DNA of 64,000 bases from Utricularia gibba (taxonomy: Eukaryota; Plantae; Magnoliophyta): positions 4,836,001 through 4,900,000 of the forward strand of contig NEEC01000002.1 in the NCBI GenBank assembly GCA_002189035.1, in the 5' to 3' direction. Shown piece by piece: positions 1 to 10,667 of this stretch. Position 1 is the stretch's first letter. Every line of letters begins with the position of its first letter. Under the pieces are notes generated by a model. It was not told the origin of the DNA. It ran no database searches and saw only the letters and a program-made list of their open reading frames with translations. A program made the position numbers and the translations under genes.

Positions 1-958
1 AACTTGCTATTGCAACCTGACAATCTTGGTACCCCACAAAGTATCACTAAGGGCCTATCACCATGTTACCTTGTCTCACCCAAGTAGGTCTCTCAAGGCC
101 TTGCCTTATAGTTCTCTCCCACTTAAGAAGCTTCATCCCGAAGCATTATTGAAGAATTCTAGTTATTCTTATTGCATCTAATCCTCATGCTCTTAGCGAC
201 TTTAGCTATGGTGTGGTTCGCCCAATGCACCTTTACCAAGAGTGCCACTCTTCACTCGAGTGTGCTTATGCAGTGATCTAGGATGCGTAGTGATTGCATT
301 TAGTAGATCATATTATCTCTCAACATAAACTCTCCTTTACGACCATGTCCTTGAGTCTCATCACACATTTTTTCAATTGTGACAGCAAAAGACATTGTGC
401 ATTCCTTGCATCTCGTGGGTAGTGCTAGCTGATAATTTGAATGTTCGATCTAGGGACCCAATTTTCCCATGCTATCCTCTTGTGATCCTCTTTCGTGGCA
501 AGAGCTTGAGATACACTCCTTTCTCGAACAATAAGGGTTGCCTTTATGCATTCATCCACTTTTCTACTGATCTTGTGCAGTCTACAACCATTCATGTATA
601 ATTTTAATAGCATCCTTGACTTGTTGCACTAGCTTTGACTCCAAGATGTATCACTCCTCAACCTCATTCTAGTACAATAGGTGAGCTATCATTGTCCATA
701 CAATGCTTCAATGAGAGCCATCCTTAAGCTGGCCTGGTTTATTGTTGTATATGAATTCTACCAAATAGATGTGTTCCTCCCACCCACCTCGATAATTCAT
801 GTGCGCAGGCTCATATTATATTCTCTAGGGTGTGGATGGTTCATTCGGATAGCCTGTCGGTTTGCAAATGAAATGTTGTTCATATGAGCAACTTTGTACC
901 CATGATTTGTTGTAATGTTGCCCAAAACCTCATGCTAAAACACAAGTCCTTATCGGAC
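1..958 (-). mobile_element. Decayed 3' end of a Ty3/gypsy chromovirus (Tekay/Del-like): integrase C-terminus, chromodomain, PPT and start of the 3' LTR
   Basis: Minus-strand pieces across frameshifts read VYLKLLP, EMQGMHNVF and LRILDH..LLVKVHWANHT (chromodomain-like). A purine tract AAGTGGGAGAGAAC at ~112-125 precedes a degenerate LTR start. Many stops. Confidence 0.7.
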
Positions 959-1228
959 ATGTGATAAACGAAAAATTTAGCAATGTCATTAAAATTGAAA
1001 ATTCTTCTATCAAATAAATTTATAATCCTAATTCACATCCAATCATATACAAAAATATCAGTAAAATGGATCAGGGTCGAACACAAAAATTTATAATCCT
1101 CATTCAATGGACGTCATGATTAAAAGACTTAGTCTAAAGTAGGATTAAGACACATTTACGATAAAATACAGTAAAAAAAAGCAACAAACTTTGAATTCGG
1201 TTGTACCTAAGATGAGATGGATGCTGCC

Positions 1229-1301
1229 TTCATTATGCTTTAATTATGCTTCAATTATGCTTTAATTATGCTTTAATTATGATTTCATTATGCTTTCATT
1301 A
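1229..1301. repeat. Tandem array of an 11-bp unit (TTAATTATGCT), about 6.6 copies
   Basis: Units counted directly at 1229, 1240, 1251, 1262, 1273, 1284 and 1295 (partial). Confidence 0.9.
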
Positions 1302-1803
1302 CTTATTTTATAGTTTTAAGTATTTTTATATAGCTTAGAAAATATGTGATATTGGTGTGTTAGTGGGCTAAATCAAAAGATTTAGCCCACCTCATTTTCT
1401 AACCCAATTGTGAGTCTAGCAGCAAGTTCTAAAATCATGGAAAGACACAAAGATTTCGTGCAAGCCACCATGCAACAGGAGGAGCAGAAGGCAATGAGTG
1501 CACTTCCATCACAACAGTCTGCAAGTCAGGAGTAGGAGCAGTAGTGATGTCAGAAATTGTACTGACCTTGGGAAAGGAGGGAGAGGGAAATAATTATGAA
1601 GGAGAGAGAGTCAAGGGAAGGAGTTGGGGAGTTTTAGGACGCATGAGGGTTTCTTCCCCAACATTATGGATTGAATCAGAAGGAAGAAGAGGATTCTCAG
1701 GCTGAAGAACAACACTAAAACCCAGTTCAGCGCTATTGTTCTTGGCCGTGAACAGTAGCAAACAGGCATCAAAACAATCTTTACTTTCTTTTCGTTTACG
1801 GAG
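1230..1803 (+). mobile_element. LTR fragment (Athila-like), uninterrupted copy of the sequence split at 3404/9764
   Basis: ~1300-1565 matches ~3140-3404 and ~1561-1800 matches 9764-10020. It shows the empty site AATTGTA-CTGAC-CTTGGG. Confidence 0.75.
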
Positions 1804-1849
1804 CATTTTCTTTTACTTTATGGTTAAGTAAAACGACAACATCAAATCA

Positions 1850-2884
1850 AAAATAAAAAATGATTTTATTGTGAAATGAAATTAACTTACTTTAATGTCT
1901 TCTATAGTACATTCATCTCCTTGCCTCTTTTAAGATCTGCAATTATGTTCATATTGCCTACATACAGTGTAGGTTATGCTTCTCGGTATAGAAAGACAAA
2001 ATGTCTCTTTCCTTGAGTTCCATTGGGTGTCCATGATTTATATTATGGGGACTTTGATGATTGCTCATCGCAAAGTGCCCAAAATTTATTACTCAACAAT
2101 CCTATGATAATGTCTTGATAACATGCATAAAATCGATAACTACCAGAGTATGCATCAACAAAATGCAATCATGGTAAATTGATGTAACTAAGAACATTTT
2201 ATGCATGTTTATATAGATGTCGTACATCATCATTTATGTAATAAGCAACTATACGACTAGAAAACATTATGAACTCACCAAAATAGTCATTTTCGACAAG
2301 AACAATTATATCACAAAGTTGTCAATTGATAGAAAATTTTGTTCATAAGGTAGATCAATGTGTCATCACTCCATTTTTTGATAATAGTTGAGGATGTCTT
2401 CTTGGCATGCTAGGTCATAATGTTCACAATCCTTGGAGAGACTTTTGAGAAAAACCTTACATGTTCATCTTGCTTTTGACAAAAATGGGCTCCCAACATG
2501 TCATTTGTTCTACTGAGACAGAATTTGTAATTGGCTATCCTCTTTTTAAGTTTTTTGAATCAAGGGTTTTACATTTGTTTTTTTGTATGAATTCACCAAA
2601 ATTAACTTTGATAAAGGTCTTAGAAGTAGGAAGTTGCACTTATTTTTCAGCAATATTTCACACTTCAGTTCGATATGAAAAAATGTTCTACATCACATAT
2701 TCAGATTCACATTGTGCAATAGCTCACATGCCCTGATAAAGTATTGCTTCAATAATTTCATCTAGTGATTAAGATCTACTTTCAATTGCAACTTTGTAGT
2801 TTTCTAAATACCATTTGCTACAAGTGATGTGAGTTGTGTTGGATGGGTCATATTTTCCCTTAGATGATAAACGCATTGCCTATT
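1850..2884 (-). pseudogene. Unidentified decayed coding relic with a putative 3' splice site
   Basis: After TTTCTTATTTCAG (2885-2886) one frame reads AMRLSSKGKYDPSNTTHITCSKWYLENYKVAIE...KVNFGEFIQ...PIT...EQMTCWEPIF with scattered stops. Family not recognised. Confidence 0.3.
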
Positions 2885-3452
2885 CTGAAATAAGAAAAAA
2901 AAAAGGAACAATGTGATATGTAATATCATCTTGAGAGCACGTGTTTCAAGCAATAAAGATATACCTAGATTCATGGAAACACATGTTGTAATGTAGAAAC
3001 AAGACACGTTCCCTAATCTGACATTATAAAAAACATGCTTTGAATGCTTTCTAAAATTTGAATATCCACTCTTGAAAGCACACAAATTTCCATGTGTTTA
3101 GGATATGATAATTATAGCTTTTTAATTATGCTTTTGTTGCTTATTTTATAATTTTAAGTATTTTTATATAAATTAGGAAATATGTGATTTTGGTGTGTTA
3201 GTGGGCTAAATCCTTTGATTTAGCACATCTCATCTTCTAACCCAATTGTGAGTCCAGCAGCAAGTGCCAAAATCATGGAAAGACACAAAGATTTCGTGCA
3301 AGTCACTATGCAACAAGAGTAGTAGAAGGCAATGAGTGCATTTTCATCACAGCAGTTTGCAAGTCAAGAGCAGGAGCAATAGTGATGTCAGAAATTGTAC
3401 TGGCTAATGCGTGTCGTTTCCACAACAAATTTTTGTAAGCTATGCGATAGAC

Positions 3453-4679
3453 TCACAACGCATCATTCAGTCTGAGACTCCAGTCTCTTCTAGTCGGATT
3501 CATTGTTCTTTCTAGGTTGCGTTTGATCTCTCGATTTGAGTTTTCAGCCTGCCCATTAGTCTGAGGATGCCTAGCTGTAGAAAGACGATGATGAACTCCA
3601 AATTTTGTTAGCATGGCCCTTATGATATGGTTCACGAAGTGGGTACCTCTATCAGAAATGAGAATCTTAGGATAGCCAAACCTAGGAAACATGTGAGAAG
3701 TTAAGAAGTAACTTATAGTCCTCGCATCATCTTTCTCACATGCTATGGCTTCGACCCACTTAGAAACGTAATCAATAACAAGAAGGATATAAGTCTTTCC
3801 TTTTGATGAGGGGAAGAGTCCCATAAAGTCAATACCCCAAGCATCGAAAATTTCGCACCTCACAATGGGCTGAAGCAACATTTGATCTTTGAAACCTATG
3901 CGTCCACCTCTTTGGCAATTAGGGCATGCCTTGCAATGAAGGTATGCATCCCGGAAAAGAGTAGGCCAATAGAACCTAGCTTCCAATACCTTATTAGCTG
4001 TGACCTTTGGATCAAAATGACCCCCACAAGGTAGTTCATGGCAATGAGTAAGAATTGAATTCACTTCACCTTGAGGGATGCACCGACGAAGGATTTGATC
4101 AGGCCCAATCTTCCACAGGTATGGGTCGTCCCAATTGTAGTGCATATTGTCACTCCGCAACTTCTCCTTTTGATGAGACTGGAAGTCCTCTGGAAAATCT
4201 CCTGTTACAAGAAAATTCACAATGTCTACGTACCAGGGACTTCCATCATGGATCATGAATAAGTGCTCATGAGGGAAGTTGTCGTCAATGGGGCTGGATG
4301 CTTCTCCAAAGGTGATGCGGCTAAGATGATTTGCCACCAAATTCTCGCATCCCTTCTTATCTCGGATTTCTATGTCAAATTCCTGGAGCAATAGGATCCA
4401 TCTGATAAGACGAGGTTTCGAATCTTTTTTGTTGAGGAGATACCTCAATGCTGCATGATCGGAGTAAACAATGATCTTGGCTCCAAGGAAATAAGGTCTG
4501 AATTTTTCCAACTCAAAGATGATGGCCAAAAGCTCATTCTCTGTTGTCATATAATTCCGTTGTGCATCATCCAGGCACTTTGAGGCATAGTGGATCACAT
4601 GTGATGCCTTCTCCAGCTTTTGTCCAAGGATCGCTCCTAATGCTACATCACTAGCATCACACATTAGCTCAAAAGACAA
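3453..4679 (-). pseudogene. RNase H and integrase (HHCC zinc finger plus DDE core) of the Athila-like element, C-terminally truncated
   Basis: 408-aa ORF with [60 protein letters not shown]. Confidence 0.92.
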
Positions 4680-4682
4680 ATT

Positions 4683-5582
4683 TCAGTTAGGTGCCTGAAT
4701 GATAGGGGCCGAAACAAGTCTTTTTTTCAAAGTATCAAAAGCTAACCGATAATTTTCATCAAAAGTGAAATCCGCATCTTTGTGTAACAAGGCACATAAG
4801 GGAGATGCAATTTTCGAAAAATCTTGGATAAACCTTCTATAGAAGCCCGCATGCTCAAGAAAGGAGCGAATGTCACGAATATAAGTAGGGTAAGGTAGTT
4901 TTTGGATTACCTCAACCTTTGCTTTGTCCACTTCTATCCCATTCTTGGAAACTACATGTCCCAAGATGATGCCTTGCTCAACCTAAAATGGCACTTCTCA
5001 TAGGTAAGCACAAGGTTAGTCTCAACACATCTTTTCAAAATCAAAGACAAATTTCCTAAGCATTCATCAAAACTATTGCCATAAACAGTGAAATCATCCA
5101 TGAAGACCTCAATAATTTCTTCCACATACTTCGAAAAGATACTCACCATGCATCTTTGGAAAGTGGCAGGTGCATTGCATAGTTCAAATGGCATCATATG
5201 ATAGGCAAAAGTTCCAAAAGAGCAAAAAAAAAACTACCTTGGATTGATCTTCAAGAGCCACGGGAATTTGGTGGAAACCGGAGTATCCATCTAAGCAACA
5301 ATAGTGGCTCTTCCCTACAAGTCGTTCAAGCATTTGGTCTATAAAAGGAAGGGGATAGTAGTCTTTCCTAGTGGCGGAATTAAGCTTACGATAGTCCACA
5401 CACATCCTCCAACCATTCTGCACTCTTGTGGGGATAAGTTCCGCTTGTTCATTGTTCATCACTGTAATATTAGTCTTCTTTGGGAAAACTTGCACAGGAC
5501 TAACCCACTCACTATCAGAGATAGGATAAATGATACCTGCGGATAAAAGCTTCAAAATCTCCTTCTTGACCACTTCCACCAT
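4683..5582 (-). pseudogene. Reverse transcriptase of the Athila-like element, frameshifted
   Basis: Three ORF pieces carry WVSPVQV, WRMCVDYRKLN, CLDGYSGF, APATFQRCM, VFMDDF and FLEHAGFYRRFI. Confidence 0.92.
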
Positions 5583-5918
5583 CGGGGGGTTCAGTCTCCT
5601 CTGTGGCTATCGAATGGGCTTCGTCCCATCCTCTAGGTAAATCCTGTGAGTGCAAATAGAAGTGCTGATTCCTTTGATGTCAGGTAAAGTCCAACTAATT
5701 GCTTGTTTGTGCTCTTGAAGCACAACCTTAAGTTTCAAATGATGGTGCTCAAATAACGGAAGGCACTAGCAGCTCACTAGGTGTTTCCAAGCTAAGAAAA
5801 GAAACATCCTGCACATGAGGTTCATCGGGTGGATCATCTGAATGATTAAAGACTTCAAGTTCAGCAAGAGGAAAGTCTTCAAATTGAAAAATCTCCATGA
5901 CTAAATCAGATTCGGGCC

Positions 5919-8053
5919 TTATTCATGGATCATCGCATTGTGATCAGTGTCAGTTTCACATGTGGAGATCGCATGTATCTCACTGATCTGATGAGGATGC
6001 TTCATGGCTTTGTCAAGACTGAAGTCCAACACCTGTCCATCGAATTGGAGACTGATGGTTCCTGCTTGAACATCAATCTTTGTGCCTACAGTAGCCAAGA
6101 ATGGTCGTCCCAAAATAATGGACTCCAAAACCTTAGGATTATCACTTTCTATAGGGATAACCAAAAAGTCTGCTGGGAAAACTAAATCATCAACATGAAC
6201 AAATACATTCTCAATTATACCATCTGGTATAACTTGTGATCTATTTTCTAGGTAGCATACAACATTTGTCGGTTCAAGTTTACCTAACTTGGATGCAAGA
6301 GACAAATAAAGAGATCTAAGCATAACATTAACCGAGGCACTAAGATCACACATAGCTACAGAAATCTTTGTCTTTCCAATGGTAACGGGAATTGAAAACA
6401 TGTCGGGATCCTTACACTTATGTGGTACTCTCCTTTGAATGATGGCTGAAAGGTTTTCGGTCAAGGGATCACTTCTTGCTCCACCCTTGCTTTCTTCTTA
6501 GGGTCACACAGTTCTTTAGCAACTTGTCATATTTGGAGACCTGTTTAATCATATCAAAAAGAGGAATAGAAACATCAACCTTTTTCATCATTACCATAAA
6601 AGTTTTCAATCCTTTCTTGTCCTTGTTCCTTCTTCGAAGCCTCATCAGGAAGGGTGACGGTATGACCAATGGCTTGGTCTGAGGAATCTCGCTTGCCTCC
6701 TTCTCCTGAACATCTTTGGGTGGCTTCAGAACATCAAAATCATTGTTTATGACCTCCAACTCCTTTTCTTCGGACCTGTCTACCTTGTTTGTGAACCATG
6801 GGTAAGGGTCTGGTAGGTCAGTTCCACTTCTCAGCGAGATAGCATTTATGTGCTTTGGATTCTGGACTAGTTGTGATGGCAATCCTCCCTTCACAACTAT
6901 GGTTTGTGTGCTCCAAACGGTTCATTGCTTGTGCAAGCTGAGTAATCTGGCCTTGAATACTTGTGATTTGGCCCTTCATGTCCTTTTGCTCAGCATGCAT
7001 CTCTAAGGTGCTTTCAGCAAGAGATTTGACCATGGCCTCTAAACTATGGCTTGGTTGGTACAGAACCATGTGTTGTTCTGGAGGTCCGGTTATCTGCAAT
7101 GGTTGAGGTGGTCTAGTGATAGTCTTCTGAGGAATACCAGTTGGGTTCCCTAATGATGGTGCTTGACTAGGGGTGCTATCTGTCTCCAGCGAAAACCAGG
7201 ATGGTCTGTTCGAGGCATCTTAATTTCCATAGTTGTACGTCCCTCCTTGATTCTGATAAAAAGCATTGATTTCTTCCACTGGCATTTCAGGAACTCTCAA
7301 TCCAAAGTCAATGTGAGATGGCATAGAACTTGAGGTTCCTTGATATCCTTCCTTTTATTGAAGCAAGGCTTGAAGACCAAACTTCCACGTGTCAGTCATT
7401 GCTGCAAGTTGAGTCAATACTTCTAAGTTGTCCACTCCATAGACCGCTTTCGCCGTTCCAATGTTTCCACCGGGTGGTCTATAGGAGTTGTCATAGCGAT
7501 TGGCTGTGGAATAGGAATTATCAGCCATTTGTTCAATGAGTGTGCGGGCATCAGCACTGTGACGGTTCGCTAATAATGATCCATTACAAGCGGCATCCAT
7601 CTGTTCTCGGATCATAGGAGTCAATCCTTCATAGAAGTGCTGCAAGATCTGGCCTTCAGTGAGTCCATGCTGAGGATAGGAGTTGCAGATTCGGTTGAAA
7701 GCTCTCCTGCAAGTTTTCTCTTTCACTTTGCATCATGGTAGTCAAAGCTCTCCTTCCGGCTGAAGCTCTTCCTAGTGGTGCATATCAATCCAAGAACTTT
7801 TGAACCATCTGCTCCCATGTGGCCATAGATGAAGGTGGAAGTCCATAGAGCCACTCCAGAGCACGTTCGGTAAGACTGAAAGGAAACACTTTAAGCTTGA
7901 CTTGATTCTCTGTGGCTCCTTTGGGGCGCATGGATGCACAAGCCATGTGCAACTCACGTAAATGACGGTTAGGGTCGTCATTTTCCCTTCCAGCATACTT
8001 TGGAAGTGTCTGGAATAAGTAAGGGCGTAGCTCATAGTCTTCTTCTCAATCAA
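5919..8053 (-). pseudogene. Gag and aspartic protease of the Athila-like element, disrupted
   Basis: Retrotrans_gag-like pieces (PQHGL..QILQHFYEGL, GGLPSQ..NPK) and a protease ORF with MCDLSASVNVM (DLGAS motif altered) and ILGRPFLAT. Confidence 0.85.
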
Positions 8054-8455
8054 AGATGATGCATAAGGGACGGTCTGAATGATTTGTAGTGATTTCTTCC
8101 TTTATGGTCCGTAGTGCTAGTCCACGGTTAGCCGGAAGTAATACTAGGAAGTTCCATGAGGTTGTTCTCCCTGGGTCTTAGGCACTACTAGTAGTCCAAT
8201 GGGTACATGTGCTGCCATGATGTCTCCAGTGGTTAAACAAGACGTCTCACTCTTTTTAGCAAGAAAGTTTCGTTCCACCTCTTGGTCCAAAGGATATAGA
8301 ACATCTCGATAAGATCTTAGGCTTCGACGAGCCCTTGGAGGACCTGACTACATAAAAAGAGAAAAACAAAGCAGAAATAAAAACAAGGAAAAGAAACAAC
8401 AAGGAAAAGGAAGAAAAAGAGTAAAAGAAAGAAAAAGAAAAGGAAACACTAAAAA

Positions 8456-8488
<33 letters not shown>

Positions 8489-8528
8489 GAAACTCACACA
8501 CACAACACTAAACACAAAAAAATTCAAC

Positions 8529-8546
8529 TCCCCGGCAAAAGCGCCA
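8529..8546 (-). other. Primer-binding site (Athila-type, tRNA-Asp-like)
   Basis: Minus strand reads TGGCGCTTTTGCCGGGGA, two mismatches from the Athila-type TGGCGCCGTTGCCGGGGA, just inside the 5' LTR. Confidence 0.8.
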
Positions 8547-10667
8547 AAAATTTGATGCGTGTCGTTTCTACAACAAATTTTAATATTTTTAAAACTCGTA
8601 AAAAACAAAAGCGTAGTACGGGTGTCGAACGCAAGGAGTTGTTTTTGAGTGAAAGGTGAGGTATCCCGAATACAACTGTCACGATTTGTAAACGGTTTTG
8701 AAAGTAAAAGGTGCGAGAAACGTTGATGATGAAGCTTGAGTAAGGGAATAAGAGGGTTTTTGAACAAACAAATGAAATAAACGTAAGCAATGAACCTTAA
8801 ATAAAGTGAATGTTCCTAGGTTTGGAATCCTGTCCAGCTATGTTCGTTGCATTTTCACTCTTCTCTAATCTTCTCGAGTACTCGGTTATAGAAGTAAGGA
8901 ATTGCCTACCCTCCCTTACACTCTCTTGCAAGAAGGCTCGGGAATAGCCCGATGTTGCTTCTCTTTGGACGAATGTCAGAATAAGATGTCCTGCCAACGT
9001 ACCCTTATGACTGAATTGCGTGTGTGTGCCCGAGTGTTGTCAATGACCCAATGAGTCTAGATACGAGGTCACTACCTATCCATTGATCCTGAGGTACGGT
9101 CAAAGACAAAATGTAGTCTTCCTCCTGCCAAAGGGGCATGAGTTGGTGCTTTTGGATTCAAAGAAGAGATGAAGCTAAGCTAACGAAACATAGATCTGGG
9201 GGTGCTCCAACCTAGAAACAGAAGTTTCTAGATGCGAAGGGCCATACAAATTTAAGGAAACAAAAACAAGGTTCTAGAGAGAAGCTAGAGGAAAATCCTC
9301 TAGAGAGAGAAAATAAAAAGGAAAACTAAACTGAAAGTAAAACTAAGCTTGTCTGAGATTTCGTGTCCCTGTGGTTCTGCTGAACTTGGGATGACTTGCA
9401 AGCAAGCGTCTGCACTGACACTGGAATACTAATTATGTCGCCTGTCAGAGACTCCCGTGTTCCGCATGTCAAGGCTCAAGATTAGGAGTCTGCAGTCTTC
9501 TAGAAATCAAGGGAATGCCAGCTCAGGAAGATCCAATTTGTCGCCATCTGATGCTCTCTTTCTCTCACTCCCTGCCACGTGTGCGCCTCTAGAAAAACTC
9601 AATTAAAACTAGCAAAATTATTAGATAAAATACAAGATTTTGGAAAATTACTCTAAACTAGATTAAAACCTAAATCTCATATTATAGACTCCTAATTAGA
9701 CATTCCTAATTACTATTAAGCATAAAAACAACATAAGAAATAGTAAAAAAATGACACTTAGCACTGGCCTTGGGAAAGGAGAGAGGGGAAATAATTTTGA
9801 AGGAGAGAGAGTCAAGGAAGGAGTTGAGGAGTTTCAGTGACACACGAGGGTTTCTTCTCCAACATTAGAGACACTTAACCAGAAGGAGGAAGAGGAGGAT
9901 TCTCAAGAAGGAGACCCTCCAATCTGAAGAACAACAATAATACTTAGTTTAGCGCTAATGTTCTTGGCCGTGAATAGTAGCAAACGAGCATCAAAACAAT
10001 CTTTACTTTCTTTTCGTTTACTAAATGTTTTGAGTTTCTGTATCTGACTTACTTACAATGTTTCTGTTATTTTCGCCACATTATTTGAATGAAATCATGT
10101 TTTATCTTCCAAGCATGAGTAGCTAAAACATTAGGGATGCCTTAAGATAAAGCATGGTGGTGTGGATCTAGGGTTAATAATGGAATTTATATTTTTTTCT
10201 TAGATATTGTTTCTATCATTCCATGGGTAGACCTAAGGAGGGGAACAAGTAGCTTCGTAACTTAGATGTTTGATTTAGAAGTAGACCAACAAATTGAGAC
10301 AAGAGCAATAGGTATTAGTTCAAGGTAGAATGAGTAGAACCAAGTAGACTTAGTTCTATACACTTTGCATGTGGGTAAACCTAATTGCAATGTTGATGAT
10401 GATATTGGGGACTATATGAGCCGAAAACATGATGAATGACCTGGGTAGATTTAGATTGTATAGAGTTTTGAATATAGGAACATAGTAAATTAAATTAGGC
10501 ATCTTAGCACCACACCACTTGCAAACCCTTAAGACATCTTAATCTCACATTAAGACATTGGTTCCATTGCTACAAGTTCATGACGATGACCTTGTTGGAA
10601 GCCATCCTTGCTTTCCTGCATTGTCCTCATGAACATTAGCATTGCTTGGAATATCCAAATGTAGTAC

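Larger units (their letters stand above)
3405..9763 (-). mobile_element. Athila-like Ty3/gypsy LTR retrotransposon, internally deleted, TSD CTGGC
   Basis: CTGGC at 3400-3404 and 9764-9768. 5' LTR 8553-9763 (TG..CA), PBS at 8529-8546, then gag-AP-RT-RH-INT order. Only 30 bp of the 3' LTR remain (3405-3434). Confidence 0.92.
3074..10667 (+). mobile_element. Older Athila-like LTR (pieces ~3074-3404 and 9764-10667) split by a younger insertion
   Basis: The two halves rejoin to match the copy at 1230-1803. Contains CATGAGTAGCTAA, typical of Athila-like LTRs. Outer boundaries uncertain. Confidence 0.6.

Noticed and set aside
8256-8767. Phe/Ser-rich and Phe/Leu-rich ORFs
   Set aside because: Translations of the A-rich low-complexity leader of the Athila element.
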